NCBI GenBank assembly: GCA_010093705.1
Contig: MU006093.1
Span: 615,557 to 666,047 of the forward strand
Reading direction: 5' to 3'
Source of the DNA: Patellaria atrata CBS 101060
Lineage: Eukaryota
Length of the DNA: 50,491 bases
In this document: piece by piece, positions 23,528 to 35,159 of the stretch
How positions within the stretch are numbered: position 1 is the first letter of the stretch
Layout: each line of letters begins with the position of its first letter
Made by a program: the position numbers and the translations under genes
Notes under the pieces: generated by a model
Told to the model about the DNA's origin: nothing
The model's database searches: none
The model's input: only the letters and a program-made list of their open reading frames with translations

Positions 23528-24493
23528 TCATGGAATCCGAGAATTATCTCTAAGTTCTGCTGTAGTAACCAATCTGCCCCGTGTGTCGATACTCCGTCCA
23601 GAGACACTTCGCTCAGGTCTTCTAATATCCGTCCTTGTCGTCCTAACGGAGGCGCTCCTTTCAATATATGATTCCACATAAGACCTCGACGACCACACCG
23701 AAGCACTCCTCGAAGGCGATCCAGAGTGTCGTCTTACCTCCCCACGCCCCATCCGCGGTCCTTCCGACAATTCGTACTCCGGGGGTTTCGGTAGCGCATG
23801 CCCTAGCCTCGAGAGCGTCCTGAGAGGTATAGCGACACTGCTCTGCATTCTCTCCCTCTCGGCCACTGATGTTGCTTGGTGTACCGCATCTATTGGCGCA
23901 GGAGGTCCTTCTATAGAAGTAGGGGGCCGATACGGCGGCGGTGCCTCCCCGTTCTCATCCAACCCTTCTTCCTGTCTCCTAACAGTATTGGGTCCTCCTC
24001 CTCTCCAGCGACCGTTGATGAACCGTCTTGTGTTGATCCAGCCGTCCAAGTCTCTTGCTAGCGCCGCTTGGCCGCTGTTGCGGGAGAGCGCTTTCGCCTT
24101 CCTTTTTCGCTTGTGGAGGACATACAGAGCCGCGAAGATGAGGATGAGAAAGATGAGGAGGAAGACGAAGTAGAAGTTGAGGACGTTAGAGTCCTTCTTT
24201 TGCTCGCTGCCGATGGTGGTGCTTTGGGCTTCGCTAGTCTTTTCGGGCATCTCTTCTGATGGGCTGGTGGTGTCGGGGTGGAAGGTGAAGATTTGGGTCG
24301 CAAAGCGTGAATCAGAGCTTGTAGGACTTGCTGAAGTTGCTATAAGAAGTCTAGATGTCATTGGTATGCCAGATGCAGCGGATGGTGGGGTGTCCGTCTG
24401 CGAGTATGAGGGCGATACTGTGGTACAGAGGATCAAGAGCAGTCTCAAGAATAGTGTGGGGTAAAGCATCTGTGATGGATCCACTCGAGCCAT
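23528..24493 (-). CDS. Type I single-pass membrane protein with PY motifs
   Basis: Signal-like N-terminus, Ser/Thr-rich ectodomain, TM FYFVFLLIFLILIFAALYVL followed by KRKRK; PPPY and PPEY in the tail. Confidence 0.85.
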   Translation of the reverse strand: MARVDPSQMLYPTLFLRLLLILCTTVSPSYSQTDTPPSAASGIPMTSRLLIATSASPTSSDSRFATQIFTFHPDTTSPSEEMPEKTSEAQSTTIGSEQKKDSNVLNFYFVFLLIFLILIFAALYVLHKRKRKAKALSRNSGQAALARDLDGWINTRRFINGRWRGGGPNTVRRQEEGLDENGEAPPPYRPPTSIEGPPAPIDAVHQATSVAERERMQSSVAIPLRTLSRLGHALPKPPEYELSEGPRMGRGEVRRHSGSPSRSASVWSSRSYVESYIERSASVRTTRTDIRRPERSVSGRSIDTRGRLVTTAELRDNSRIP

Positions 24494-25032
24494 ATTCAAT
24501 GTATAAAAAGGATAAATTCACTGTTGGACAGAACTCATTAACTCTGCCAACTAGATATGGAATTTCAGCTATAGCTCGTAAGAGCCATATCGCAGGGTGT
24601 GAAAGACATCCTGTGACACCTGGGGACAGGTTGAACGGTGTTCTATGCATCGAACACCTCTCTCACTCATAGAGAGGTGTAAAGTTGGTTGGGACGGTGG
24701 TATAACTTAAGATGTAGTGCGTTAAGGGCTTCCGCGCTCCTCCGCACAGTGATGGTGGGACAAACTCACCCTTAGTCAGCCGTTCGATCTCATATTCAGG
24801 TCAACCATAAGAATCTCACTTCTGAATCTCTCTAACAACCTCAGCTCTTCGGATATACCGATCTTAAAGCACCAAGACCTCGATTTGACAAATTATAAGA
24901 AAACTATCTAGATGATGTCGCAATAGCGAAAAGGAAAGTAAAAAAGCCGATGGGGGAACAATAGCATCCACCTCAACCCCTTAGATACCGACAATAAATC
25001 CTTGCATTTAAACTCTCTTCTACGTAAAAAGG

Positions 25033-25791
25033 ATGCCTCGAGCAACCAAAGGTATGATAGATATCCATTCAATTCTCCTCATACGTAGATCTGTTATTCC
25101 GCTACATGAAAAGAATCCTTAAACCCGCCCCCACCCCCTTATGGTCCGCCCACCTGCAACATCCCTTCAGATCCTCCACCAATTCTCACCACTGTATCCC
25201 CTTTCTCATCTCCAACTCCAAAGCCACCCTCTCCCACCATTTTTCTCTCGCCCCCAGCCTCACCACCTCCTTTCAACACCCCCTTTTAATCCCCTAGCAG
25301 GCGTCCTCATCCAAGCCGACGCCTCCATAAAAGCGATCCTCGTGAAAATCGACAGCGAGCAGCACAACGCCTTCATAATCGAAGACCTCGACGACGAGAC
25401 ACTCGTCGTGAAAGAGGGTAAACTAGCCGAATTACAGCAGCGACTTAAAGACGTCAGTCCTCCAGCTCCTTCTTGTTCACTCCTTACCCCCCTCCCCCAT
25501 CCCTTTATTATCTCTGTATATGATGGTTATATAAGAAACCCTCTTTTTTTTTTCTTTTTTTTTTTTTTTGGGGGGGGGGGGAAGGGGGGCGCTTATGGTC
25601 TTGGTCTCTTGTCATTTTGTCATGCTATGATATTACCCTATTGTCCTATTCCCGTTCACCTTTCCCCCATCCCTACTTCTACCGACGTTATTATTTTGGG
25701 GAAAGCGAGAACAACTCAAACAGACCTCATTAACACCACACAGAAACTCAAGGACACAATCAAAGAAGCCGAGGACTCAGGAAGCGATTGA
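25033..25791 (+). CDS. TFB5: TFIIH subunit Tfb5 (TTDA/GTF2H5)
   Basis: Exons 25033-25051, 25301-25452 and 25744-25791 give MPRATKGVLIQADASIKAILVKID...FIIEDLDDETLVVKE... Confidence 0.93.
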
Positions 25792-26416
25792 GCGTTCCCT
25801 TTCCACGCATCCACGGCATCTCATGGTAGAGTGTGGGAGTGGAGAAACAGTAGACGGGCGCAATTAACCCGGTACTCGGCGTAGAGCTTTGCTTTTGGCT
25901 GTCTATTGGTTGTATTTTTTCTGATCACTTGGTGATGTTGAAGGAAAAGTGCTGGTGGTGGGTTTGGGCGAGAGGAGATGGTTTGGTGCTATAGTTTTTT
26001 TGTGCCAGGACGGGTGGAGAGGAGGGGATGTAACACCCACTGAAGCTCTCCTTCAAGGACGTCATTAAGAGGGTATGGGGATGTGGGATACGGGATACCA
26101 AGCATGAAAGCCCATTAGAAGGGCTGAGAAAAGAATAATCTAGTGAACGACGAAACTCAGTTCTTACAACATCTCGCAACGCAATCTCATTAAACTTAAT
26201 CATACAAAATAGCGAATGACGCTCATCTCTCGACGGGTATATTCTCATCCCAAACCAAACCGGGCAAAATGCAAAATGCCAAAAAAAAAAAAGCCAACAC
26301 AAACCACCCATACGCTCAAATGCGTTATTCCAACGCCAAAAAATGCTCACAAACAAAAACACCGACCAGATGCGATATATACACCCCTTCTCTCTTCAAC
26401 TTTTTCCACCCCAGTT

Positions 26417-28553
26417 CTAAAACTCCCTCCCAATCAACCTCGGATCCGCAAACTCCAACTCACTCCCAACGGGACTAACCTCCCTCCCCCTCTCTCTTTC
26501 CCTCTGTCCTCTACTGCCACCACTCCCCGTACTCCTCGTAGTGCGCCAACTCCGACTCGTCCTCAACGTCCTCCGACTCCTTCTCAATTCCCCAATCCCC
26601 GCTCCACTGATACCCCTGCCCTCAACATCACCATCCCCCTCACTGCTCCCCCCAATCGACACATCCTCCCAATCCCCACTATCCTCCCCTTCCCTGACCC
26701 TCGTATAGGCATGCCCCGCGCTCGGAGCGGGGAGATGCAACTCATCCGGCCGCGCGAGCTGCGCATACCTAAGCGGGGGTGGGACGGCCGCGGAATCGGG
26801 TCTCGGGATCCCGGATCCTAGTCCCTGTGCGGGTATGGGCGTACTGACATCCCAGACCCCAGCCTGAGCATCAGGAACATCCGCCCACTCCCTCTCCGCG
26901 CGTGGATGGAAAGCCGGAGAAATACTCAACGGCGGGAGGATGAACGGGTTATTTTCCTCCTCCATCTGCGCGCTTTGCGGGACGGCGGACTGGACGTCCG
27001 GGCTGGGGCTTCTGATGAGGGGCATGGGTGGTGGGGTGGGTGTGGGACCGAGACGGATGGGGTGGTGGTGCGGTGTTGGGCCGCCGGAGACGGTGGTTAT
27101 GATCCCGGGTTGGGACGGGGGGTGGGCGTTGTAGGGGTCGTAGATCCAGGCGTGTTCGGGGTAGTATTTGGGGGAGTGGCGGCGGCGGGATTTGAGGTGC
27201 CGTTTTAGGAGGTAGAGAATTAGGAGGGCGAAGAGGAGGGTTGCGGCGCTGGAGGCGACGGCGATGCCGGCGATTGTTGACGAGGGGATGCCGGAGGAGG
27301 ATGAGGAGTTTGAGGTTGGTGCTGTTGCGGAGGGTATTGAAGAAGAGGAAGCGGATGAAGGAGCGGAGATCGAAATCGAAGTGGAAGTTGTAGAGGTAGT
27401 AGATTTTGTGGTTATAAATGTGGAAGGCGTCGTTTCAGAAGATGATAATTCCGATGAAGAAAAAGACAGCGTTGCTGTTATAGTTGTTACAGTTGAGAAA
27501 CATGGTTGCGACGTAGAAAATATTGAAGGAGAAGAGACTGGGATGCTTGGCGTTAAGCTGAAAGATTTCGTGGGTGTGGGTATCGGAGGTATAAATGGAG
27601 AAGTTTGCTGACTTGCTGTTTGGCTGACAGATGGGGTCCACCACAGTGATGTCATTGGTGTCCACCATGTCGTAGATGTAGACATCTGACTAGACGATCT
27701 AGACGTGCTTATTCTAGTGGAAGTAGAAACAGTAGTGGTATTCCCGTTCCCTAAGGAGCTTGAATCGGGAACAGAATTGGGTATCACAGTAGGAAAAGAA
27801 GAAGGCACGCCAGATATTACGATACTCGAAAAGCTCGCTGATACATCGGTGCCGATGCTTGAAACTTTTGTTGTAGAGAGTAAAGAACTAGAAAGGCAAA
27901 CTGTTTGTATCAAAATTGAGAGTGTAGAGGGAGTTGGAATCAAAGTAGATGATGTACTAGTCGGTCTAAATGGAAATGTGACCGGTGATGGAGGAGTGAC
28001 GGCAGGTATCGTACTTTTCTCTGAAGTGAATGATGATTTGGACACGAAAGTAGCGAAGACAGATTGAGTGGTATTAGAGGGGTTGACGTCTGGAAATAGA
28101 ATAGGGTCACCGGAGACGGGAAGTTCAATTGAAGACGTGGCAGTAGGACCCGATCGCGATCCCGATCCCGATCCTGAGAGGTTGCTTGTGACTGAAGGTG
28201 GTAATTGACTCGTGGAGGTAGAGACAGGTCTTGAGGATGAGAATGCGATGACTGGTAATGGTATGGAGCTGATTGGTCCGAGAAGCTGAGTCGAGGAGGA
28301 CAAAAGGGTAGAAGAGAAGAAGCTGGAAGATAGGGCGGAAGTGGAAGTTTTGATAGTTGAAGTGGAAGAAGCATTTTGCCAAATGGGGAGATGGTCATCT
28401 AAGCCAGGATCAAAAACAATCCACCATAACATAACACAGCCTAGAGCGGGATGACTGAAACTTACCCTGACTCTGTAGCGGAGCCGTAGGCTCTTGAGCT
28501 AGTATTGAAGTAAACGAAGTAAGGAAGGTGAATAATAGAAAAGTGAGCCGCAT
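26417..28553 (-). CDS. Ser/Thr-rich mucin-like type I membrane protein (cell-wall sensor-like)
   Basis: Signal exon MRLTFLLFTFLTSFTSILAQ (28553-28466); intron 28465-28399; long S/T/P ectodomain; TM IAGIAVASSAATLLFALLILYLL followed by KRH; Pro-rich tail. Confidence 0.85.
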
Positions 28554-29656
28554 GGCAATGCATTATCGTGAACAAAGAACGCACAGCGACCTATGGGAAA
28601 CCGAGAAATGAATATTCTCAGTCATACGAACTGCTAGTTGAAGAGCAGTAGGAATGAATGAGTTGTAAGACATGAATATTTGGAAACAGAGGAAAAGAGA
28701 CATCTCAGATGGAGAGAGACGGGATAGCGGGAGTAAAGTAAGAGAGGTTCGCTCAGCCATGTTTACAAGTAGGGGTGTTGGATTCACGATCTGCTGTCCC
28801 CTTAGATGTAATATTTGCGTCGGATTACTGTTGGATACGATGAGATGAGGATTATTTTGGGGGACACAGAAACGGCAGTTTAGGGAGCTTGAGGCGCAGT
28901 GAGGTGAAAGTGCAGGTTGTGAGGATTCTTGGGTGTGTTAGGTGTGTTTAAGTGTGTCGTGTAAGGATTTTAAGATCCTCGCTTTACCTACCTGATACGG
29001 TAACGGGTCTTCTGAAAATAGGCCATCCCCTGTAAAACCTTCCGAGATCGATTTAAAGCAGCCGAGGTATTAAAAAGTCTTGTCAGGTGTTCTGTACGAT
29101 AAATACAGTACAACACCTTAACCTCATGGCAGTACGGAGATTTCGAATGATTTGGTTACTGAAGCAAATCATTGTTAGCAATAACATATTCCGAATTACG
29201 TATAAAGTCCACGTCATATCTCACATTGTCATAATAAAATTAAAAGTTGTTCATAACTGGCACGACTGGGTATCTAATTAAATGCTCGCAAAATCAATTC
29301 CCCAAGTAAACAAACTCCCATTCGCCCTTTGATCTTCGAAATTACTCGGTCCGGAACACTTACAGTGAAAGGATATAATTGAAATTGAGAAAGATCGAAG
29401 ATTGCTATATAAACAGCAGAGAAAAAGCCACCCGAGGCGTATTAGAGGTCGTGTCGGGTAACGTCCTTGCATAGTGCGTGTACACATTGCGGTATTCATA
29501 GCAATAGCCGCATCAGCCTCATCCATGACCCCGCGATTAAACCCAGAAATAAAACATCCGCCGGGAAAAATTAGACGCATGAAGCGGAAACCCTATAGGA
29601 AGAAGATAAGAAGCATTTTGAATTTCGGTTAACATAAATGATACTTCATGTGTTAC

Positions 29657-30766
29657 CTAGGTCAAATCTTTCATCTTAAGAGACGAACTGCCGAATCCGA
29701 CCTTGCCTCGTAGAAATTCTTGGAGCCACACAGGGTAGCCTCTCCAGGAGGACATGCTTGAGGCTCCGGCAGGAATAATGAAGTGACCACTACGTCCACT
29801 CATAACATGCTTCACTACAGCATTGGCAACGTGAGATGCATCGAGCAAGGTTAGCCCTTTATCTTTGAGTGCTTTCTCCCACGGTTTGCTCATTGGAGAC
29901 TTGACATAACTGGGATGAAAGATACTCGTCTTGACTTGCGGCGCACCATAAACAAGCCTTAACTCCGAGGTGAGGGCTTCGTGAAGAGCAAGAACACCAG
30001 CTTTGGTAGCGGAGTAATCCGCGAATCCAGCCACTCCGAGGTAAGATGAAAGACTGGCCATGGTCAGAACGTGACCTTTATTCTTCTTGATCATACCGGG
30101 TAAAAATTGTTGAATTAGATACCAGTTACTAAGTACGTTCACATCGAAAACCTTTCGGAGGTAGTCCGGATTCGTGTCGAGGATGCTATGAGCATCAAAT
30201 ACGCCTGCATTGTTGATCAGGATAGTTGGTTCACCGACAGATGAGCGGACAACCTCCGCCATCTCTTTCAAAGCCTCGATAGAGGTGATGTCGCATTGCT
30301 GGAAGCTGATATTCGCCCCTGAAATCATCATGTCAGTATCAATACAGCCGTCAAGGCGTTGGTACTCACAGCCTTGTAAACCTTCTGGCATTGGAATAAC
30401 ATCTACCACGACAACCTGGAGCCCTTTCAAGGCTAGACCTTTTGCTATCAACGACCCGATGCCACCAGAACCTCCAGTGATAAGGACTATTTCTTCCTTC
30501 CAGTTCCACTTCTGCCTCTTCAATTCCCAGTTGTTCAAGGCCCAATCGCTTAAGAATCGATTGACATGTTTGACCAATCCAAGTCCCAGAAGCCACTTTA
30601 GGGTTGTAATAGCTTTGTTCACGTTGTCGGGTGTAGACAGTCCGCGGACGAAGGGTTGACGGAGCGATTCTGGACCTTTGGTGAGGACGTAGAGCAGAAG
30701 TCCCGTAATTGCTGGCGAAAGAGCAGCATCACTAGCCGTAGAGACGGCACGAATGAGAGAAGTCAT
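29657..30766 (-). CDS. Short-chain dehydrogenase/reductase (17beta-HSD XI / retinol dehydrogenase-like)
   Basis: TGGSGGIG, NNAG and YSATK motifs; probable 51-nt in-frame intron 30369-30319. Confidence 0.93.
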   Translation of the reverse strand: MTSLIRAVSTASDAALSPAITGLLLYVLTKGPESLRQPFVRGLSTPDNVNKAITTLKWLLGLGLVKHVNRFLSDWALNNWELKRQKWNWKEEIVLITGGSGGIGSLIAKGLALKGLQVVVVDVIPMPEGLQGCEYQRLDGCIDTDMMISGANISFQQCDITSIEALKEMAEVVRSSVGEPTILINNAGVFDAHSILDTNPDYLRKVFDVNVLSNWYLIQQFLPGMIKKNKGHVLTMASLSSYLGVAGFADYSATKAGVLALHEALTSELRLVYGAPQVKTSIFHPSYVKSPMSKPWEKALKDKGLTLLDASHVANAVVKHVMSGRSGHFIIPAGASSMSSWRGYPVWLQEFLRGKVGFGSSSLKMKDLT

Positions 30767-31152
30767 GTTCGCTATAGCCAGATTGAGAGATTATCAGAGT
30801 AGATGATAAAGATGTACTTCGTAGACGTGCATGTACTCGAGAATTGGTGGGTTTATGAGGACGAGATAGCGCACCTCAGTTAATATCTGAGAGTGGGATT
30901 GTGTAACTACAATGCAAGAAATTGACCTCACAATGTCTGGGAGATTTGGTCGGGCAGAATTGAATCCTCCCCGCGAATGCTAAGTGACTTAGGTTCCCTA
31001 GAAAGGAAGCTGTCCGTTGAAGCTGTAAGGTGCTCTATCGCAAGCCGAGGCATAGCAACATCCGGCAAATCTACGGCTCAGAATTACTTTCTCCCGTCCG
31101 ACTGTCTCTTTTGGGACGGGATAAGTTAGCAACACCTGTAAAAGGCCTATCA

Positions 31153-32856
31153 ATGTCATCCGTACGCGTACATTTTCTAAGGGATACCCTGACACCATTC
31201 CTGTACCCGACTCTACTCGAACAATCGGCGATTGGCAGTAGAATAGCTTCTCGCTACCAATTCAAGGCTTCCCGTGCGAGACGATGTAACAGCACTACAA
31301 CTTTGGCTGATAGCATCCCGTCTAGACCGGGCATCCATCACACCTTTACAGCTAATACCGCCGAATCGCATCTTAATCCTTCTCCGGATTCATATTCGCT
31401 CACTCCGTTCACCGACCGATGTACTCTTTTACTCCAAGCCGGGGCTGGCGGTCACGGGTGTGTCTCATTCGTAAGAGAGAAATACATTGAACAAGGACCT
31501 GCGAATGGCGGGGATGGTGGAAGCGGTGGGAGCATATACATACAAGCCGTGAGGGGAGAAACATCACTTCATAGGCTTGCCCGAAGAGGTCAGGTGAAGG
31601 CAGAAAGAGGGAAGAATGGACAGGGCAAAGGACAGGGAGGAGAGAGAGGGAATGATCTCATCCTCAGTGTTCCAGTTGGAACTGTGGTTAGAGAGCTATG
31701 GAGACATGATCCCATTGCAGAGGAAGAGGAGAGACAGAGGAAGGAAAGGATGACACAAGATCCAAATCAAGAGTCGACTGGCAAAGAATTCAGGGGTGAT
31801 AAGTGGCTGTTGTATCCCGGAGCCATGCCAAAATCTTTCACACCAGATGACTTACCTCAACTCCCTCGTGCGCGGAGATCGCATCTTATCGCAGTACAAC
31901 CCCAAGCTCCTATCAGATTAGATCTGGATACTCCCATGGAACGGCCAATGTTACTGGCTGCAGGGGCAATGGGCGGATTGGGAAACCCCAATTTTGTCAC
32001 AAAGGAAAGACCTAACCCTAAATACGCTACGCGTGGTGAAGAAGGTATAAAGCTTACTTTGCAATTGGAATTGAAAATCCTCGCAGACGTTGGCCTCGTA
32101 GGCCTTCCTAATGCAGGTAAGAGCACTTTACTTAGGGCGTTGACGAATAGTCGTGCAAGAGTAGGCAATTGGGCATTCACCACCCTACAGCCCAACATAG
32201 GGACAGTGGTCCTAGACAATTTTAAGGGAAGACCAAAACTCAAGGCTGCAAGACGATCTGGTGAACCAAGAACGAATTTCACAATCGCAGATATTCCTGG
32301 CTTAATAGAGGGCGCACATGAAGATAGAGGTCTGGGTCTTGGCTTTTTGCGTCATATTGAACGAGCTGCTGTTCTTGCATTTGTCGTAGATCTCTCCGCG
32401 GGAGATGCGGTCAAAGCTTTAAAAGGTCTTTGGACTGAAGTCAGCGAGTATGAGCGACTACGAGGCGAAGAGGTGAATGCTGAAACCGAGGCACGAACAA
32501 CGTGGCAGCCCCTCGAGCTCCAAGAAGCCGCAGCTGCTGCTGCGAAAAAGGACAGTGATGCTCTAGGCTTCTACCCGATGGATTCCGACCTGCCTGAGTT
32601 ACCACCTCTTACGATGCCACCAATCTCTTCAAAACCGTGGCTGGTTATCGCTACGAAAGCCGATCTTCCAGATACCCAGGAGAACTTCCTCAAGCTTCAG
32701 GAGTATCTCTCGGCTGTACGTGACGGGACAGATGAACATCCCAGCGGAAAGAAGAACGCATGGAGGAGTGATGTCCAAGCTCTTCCAATCAGCGCGATTA
32801 GAGCTGAGGGTGTTGATAGAATCCCGGAAATGGTTGTTAGTCTTTTGAATGATTGA
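31153..32856 (+). CDS. MTG2: Mitochondrial Obg-family GTPase (mitoribosome large-subunit assembly)
   Basis: Gly-rich Obg fold (GAGGHGCVSF, ANGGDGGSGG); G1 GLPNAGKS; FTTLQP; DIPGLIEGA; GLGLGFLRHIER; TKAD; presequence-like N-terminus. Confidence 0.93.
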   Translation: MSSVRVHFLRDTLTPFLYPTLLEQSAIGSRIASRYQFKASRARRCNSTTTLADSIPSRPGIHHTFTANTAESHLNPSPDSYSLTPFTDRCTLLLQAGAGGHGCVSFVREKYIEQGPANGGDGGSGGSIYIQAVRGETSLHRLARRGQVKAERGKNGQGKGQGGERGNDLILSVPVGTVVRELWRHDPIAEEEERQRKERMTQDPNQESTGKEFRGDKWLLYPGAMPKSFTPDDLPQLPRARRSHLIAVQPQAPIRLDLDTPMERPMLLAAGAMGGLGNPNFVTKERPNPKYATRGEEGIKLTLQLELKILADVGLVGLPNAGKSTLLRALTNSRARVGNWAFTTLQPNIGTVVLDNFKGRPKLKAARRSGEPRTNFTIADIPGLIEGAHEDRGLGLGFLRHIERAAVLAFVVDLSAGDAVKALKGLWTEVSEYERLRGEEVNAETEARTTWQPLELQEAAAAAAKKDSDALGFYPMDSDLPELPPLTMPPISSKPWLVIATKADLPDTQENFLKLQEYLSAVRDGTDEHPSGKKNAWRSDVQALPISAIRAEGVDRIPEMVVSLLND

Positions 32857-33506
32857 TAGGCTAAGCCGGTGGGGTCATCATGAGAGGATGGTGAGTGCTG
32901 AATAGGTATGAACCACCTTACTTTAGGTCTACAAGAGGTAGTATTTCAATAGAGTTCTATGTTAGGGTGGTGGATGCATGGTATTGAGGTTGGAAATGGT
33001 TATTGAAAACCCGGTATATCCCCTCCCGTATCAGGAGAAATATGTACTATTGTACTGTACAATTAGATGTGGACAGAGCTCCGACATACCTGTACATATG
33101 CATATGAGAATAGGAAAAGGTCACATTTAGTTGAATACCGTCATCTGTACAGCAAATGTACTGTACAGCGACTGGTGACTACATTTCCCACATGAAAAAA
33201 TATGAATGATTGGAATGAAGGTTCAAAGTCGTGAAAACTCATGAAGTCTCAGTTATCATCTCTTGCCGTTATTCGAAAATTAGCCTTGCGATTTAAAATT
33301 CCCTTTTTGGGACAAGGTAAAAATAGACCTACTATCTCAAACTCCAGCTCAAGATAAACTGCTTTATCAACACCACAACATATAACTCGAGCCTGATGCA
33401 AATTGCGCAAGCGTACAACTTTTGTTCTGTTTGCACAACTGTCCTCAGACGGCAATCCTCGAAGTCTCAATCACTATTAGAGAACCCCAGAAGATACATC
33501 TCCATT

Positions 33507-34681
33507 ATGACTACCAGTAGTCCGAGACCGAGACGTCGATTCGCACCTTTGAACCCTGAAGTTTTGAATAAATATGACGCTCCTAAGTTAGAGGGCATAG
33601 TATTCGATGTGGATGGCACGTTATGTAAGTGAGTCTCTTTTCTAGCTCCTGAAAAATGAAGGAATGATATATAAGATTTTCTGTTTTCTTTTGTCGTGAT
33701 ACTGATCGTCAATCTCCTCCGTGATTTGTTCACTCAAGCAATTACAATCAAGTCATTCTAAATTCCATCGATCTAACATTTAAATCTTAAGGTCTACCAC
33801 AAAACTACATGTTCGCAGAAATGAGGTAACCCTCCTCCCAAATCCTCATCCCAACCCCTCTCCTCTCCTCTCCGTCTCTCATCTCTCCCTCTAACTTCCC
33901 CCAGAGCCGCCCTCGGCATAACCAAAGACCAAGACATCCTCGAATCCATCTACGCCCTCCCCCCGGAAGAGCAAGAAGCAGCAATGGAAAAGATCCGCAA
34001 GATCGAACGCCGGGCCATGGCATCCCAGCAACCCCAACCCGGTCTCGTGGAACTGATGACCTACCTCGACATGCGGGGAATTAGAAAGGGGATCTGCACT
34101 CGGAACTTCGAGTACGTCTCCATCAATCCCCCTCTCTACCAACCTACCCTTTTCCTCACAACCCTGATATCATATCATCCTTACCTCACCCTACAACCCA
34201 AGCGGGACAAGAACCCGAGAAACGAGAAACTAAACTAACACCCCCAAGCTTGCCAGTAACCCATCTCCTGCGCACCCACCTCCCTACATCCCCTTTCTCC
34301 CCAATCATAACCCGCGCCTTCCGCCCGCCTAAACCCTCCCCCGCCGGTATTCTCCACATCGCTGCGTCGTGGGGTCTGTTTCAACCTAGTGTTAGTCCCT
34401 CTCCTATCCCCCTTGACCCCCCTATCCCCTCTACGACCATCGCCCCTGAGCCGCCAGCACAACTCCCCACAGCAACGAACCTCATCATGGTGGGGGACTC
34501 CCTAGACGACCTGCTTGCCGGCCATGCGGCTGGGGCGGCAACGGTGCTGCTTCTTTACGATCCGGATGATGGGAGGGGGAACGCGCACTTGGTTGATCGG
34601 GCGGATTTGGTGGTGAGGACGCTGGATGAGCTTGTAGCGGTGCTTGAGGGGGGATTTGTGGGGTCGTTGGAGGAGGTATAG
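33507..34681 (+). CDS. HAD-superfamily hydrolase (yeast YOR131C-like)
   Basis: FDVDGTL motif I, CTRN motif II, KPSPAG and MVGDSLDD; introns at about 33625-33791, 33826-33904 and 34111-34248; in-frame upstream ATG 33396 may add a targeting peptide. Confidence 0.88.
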
Positions 34682-35159
34682 GGAAGGAAAAGGGGGTTAG
34701 GGGAGGAATGGGATAGAGGGGTGGAGTAAGATTGGGTTGAACGGGGGATATCGGCGCGTGGCGGGGTAGACAGCTGAGGGGTGTTATGCGCGATGGGGCA
34801 TTATGGATAGGGGACCAGGGTTTAGTTAGAGGGAGGAGATTATATCGGCCATTAGAAGTACCATGCACCAGAAGTATATATGAACCAAAGGTGTCACGAA
34901 CCAGAAGCGTCAGGTGCAGAAATAATCTACTCCAGGAGGTAGAATTAGATGTTTCTGTTATTTTCTTACATTGTTTTGGATTTTTGTACCATCATCTCGC
35001 ATGATGAAGGCGCCATTCCTCCGCTCTAATGCCTACACGGCGTCACGACGCCATCCGAATAAACAACCACCGAAGTCTATTTTGAGGGTATATTCTCCAC
35101 CCAGCCATATTACGCCTCAGAGAAGGCTCTGCCAGTAATAATACATGTAAGAATCAAGG

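Noticed and set aside
25141..25791. 216-aa ORF with poly-Phe/Gly
   Set aside because: Read-through of the TFB5 introns
26216..26821. 201-aa Pro-rich plus-strand ORF
   Set aside because: Antisense to the G-rich 3' end of the mucin-like gene
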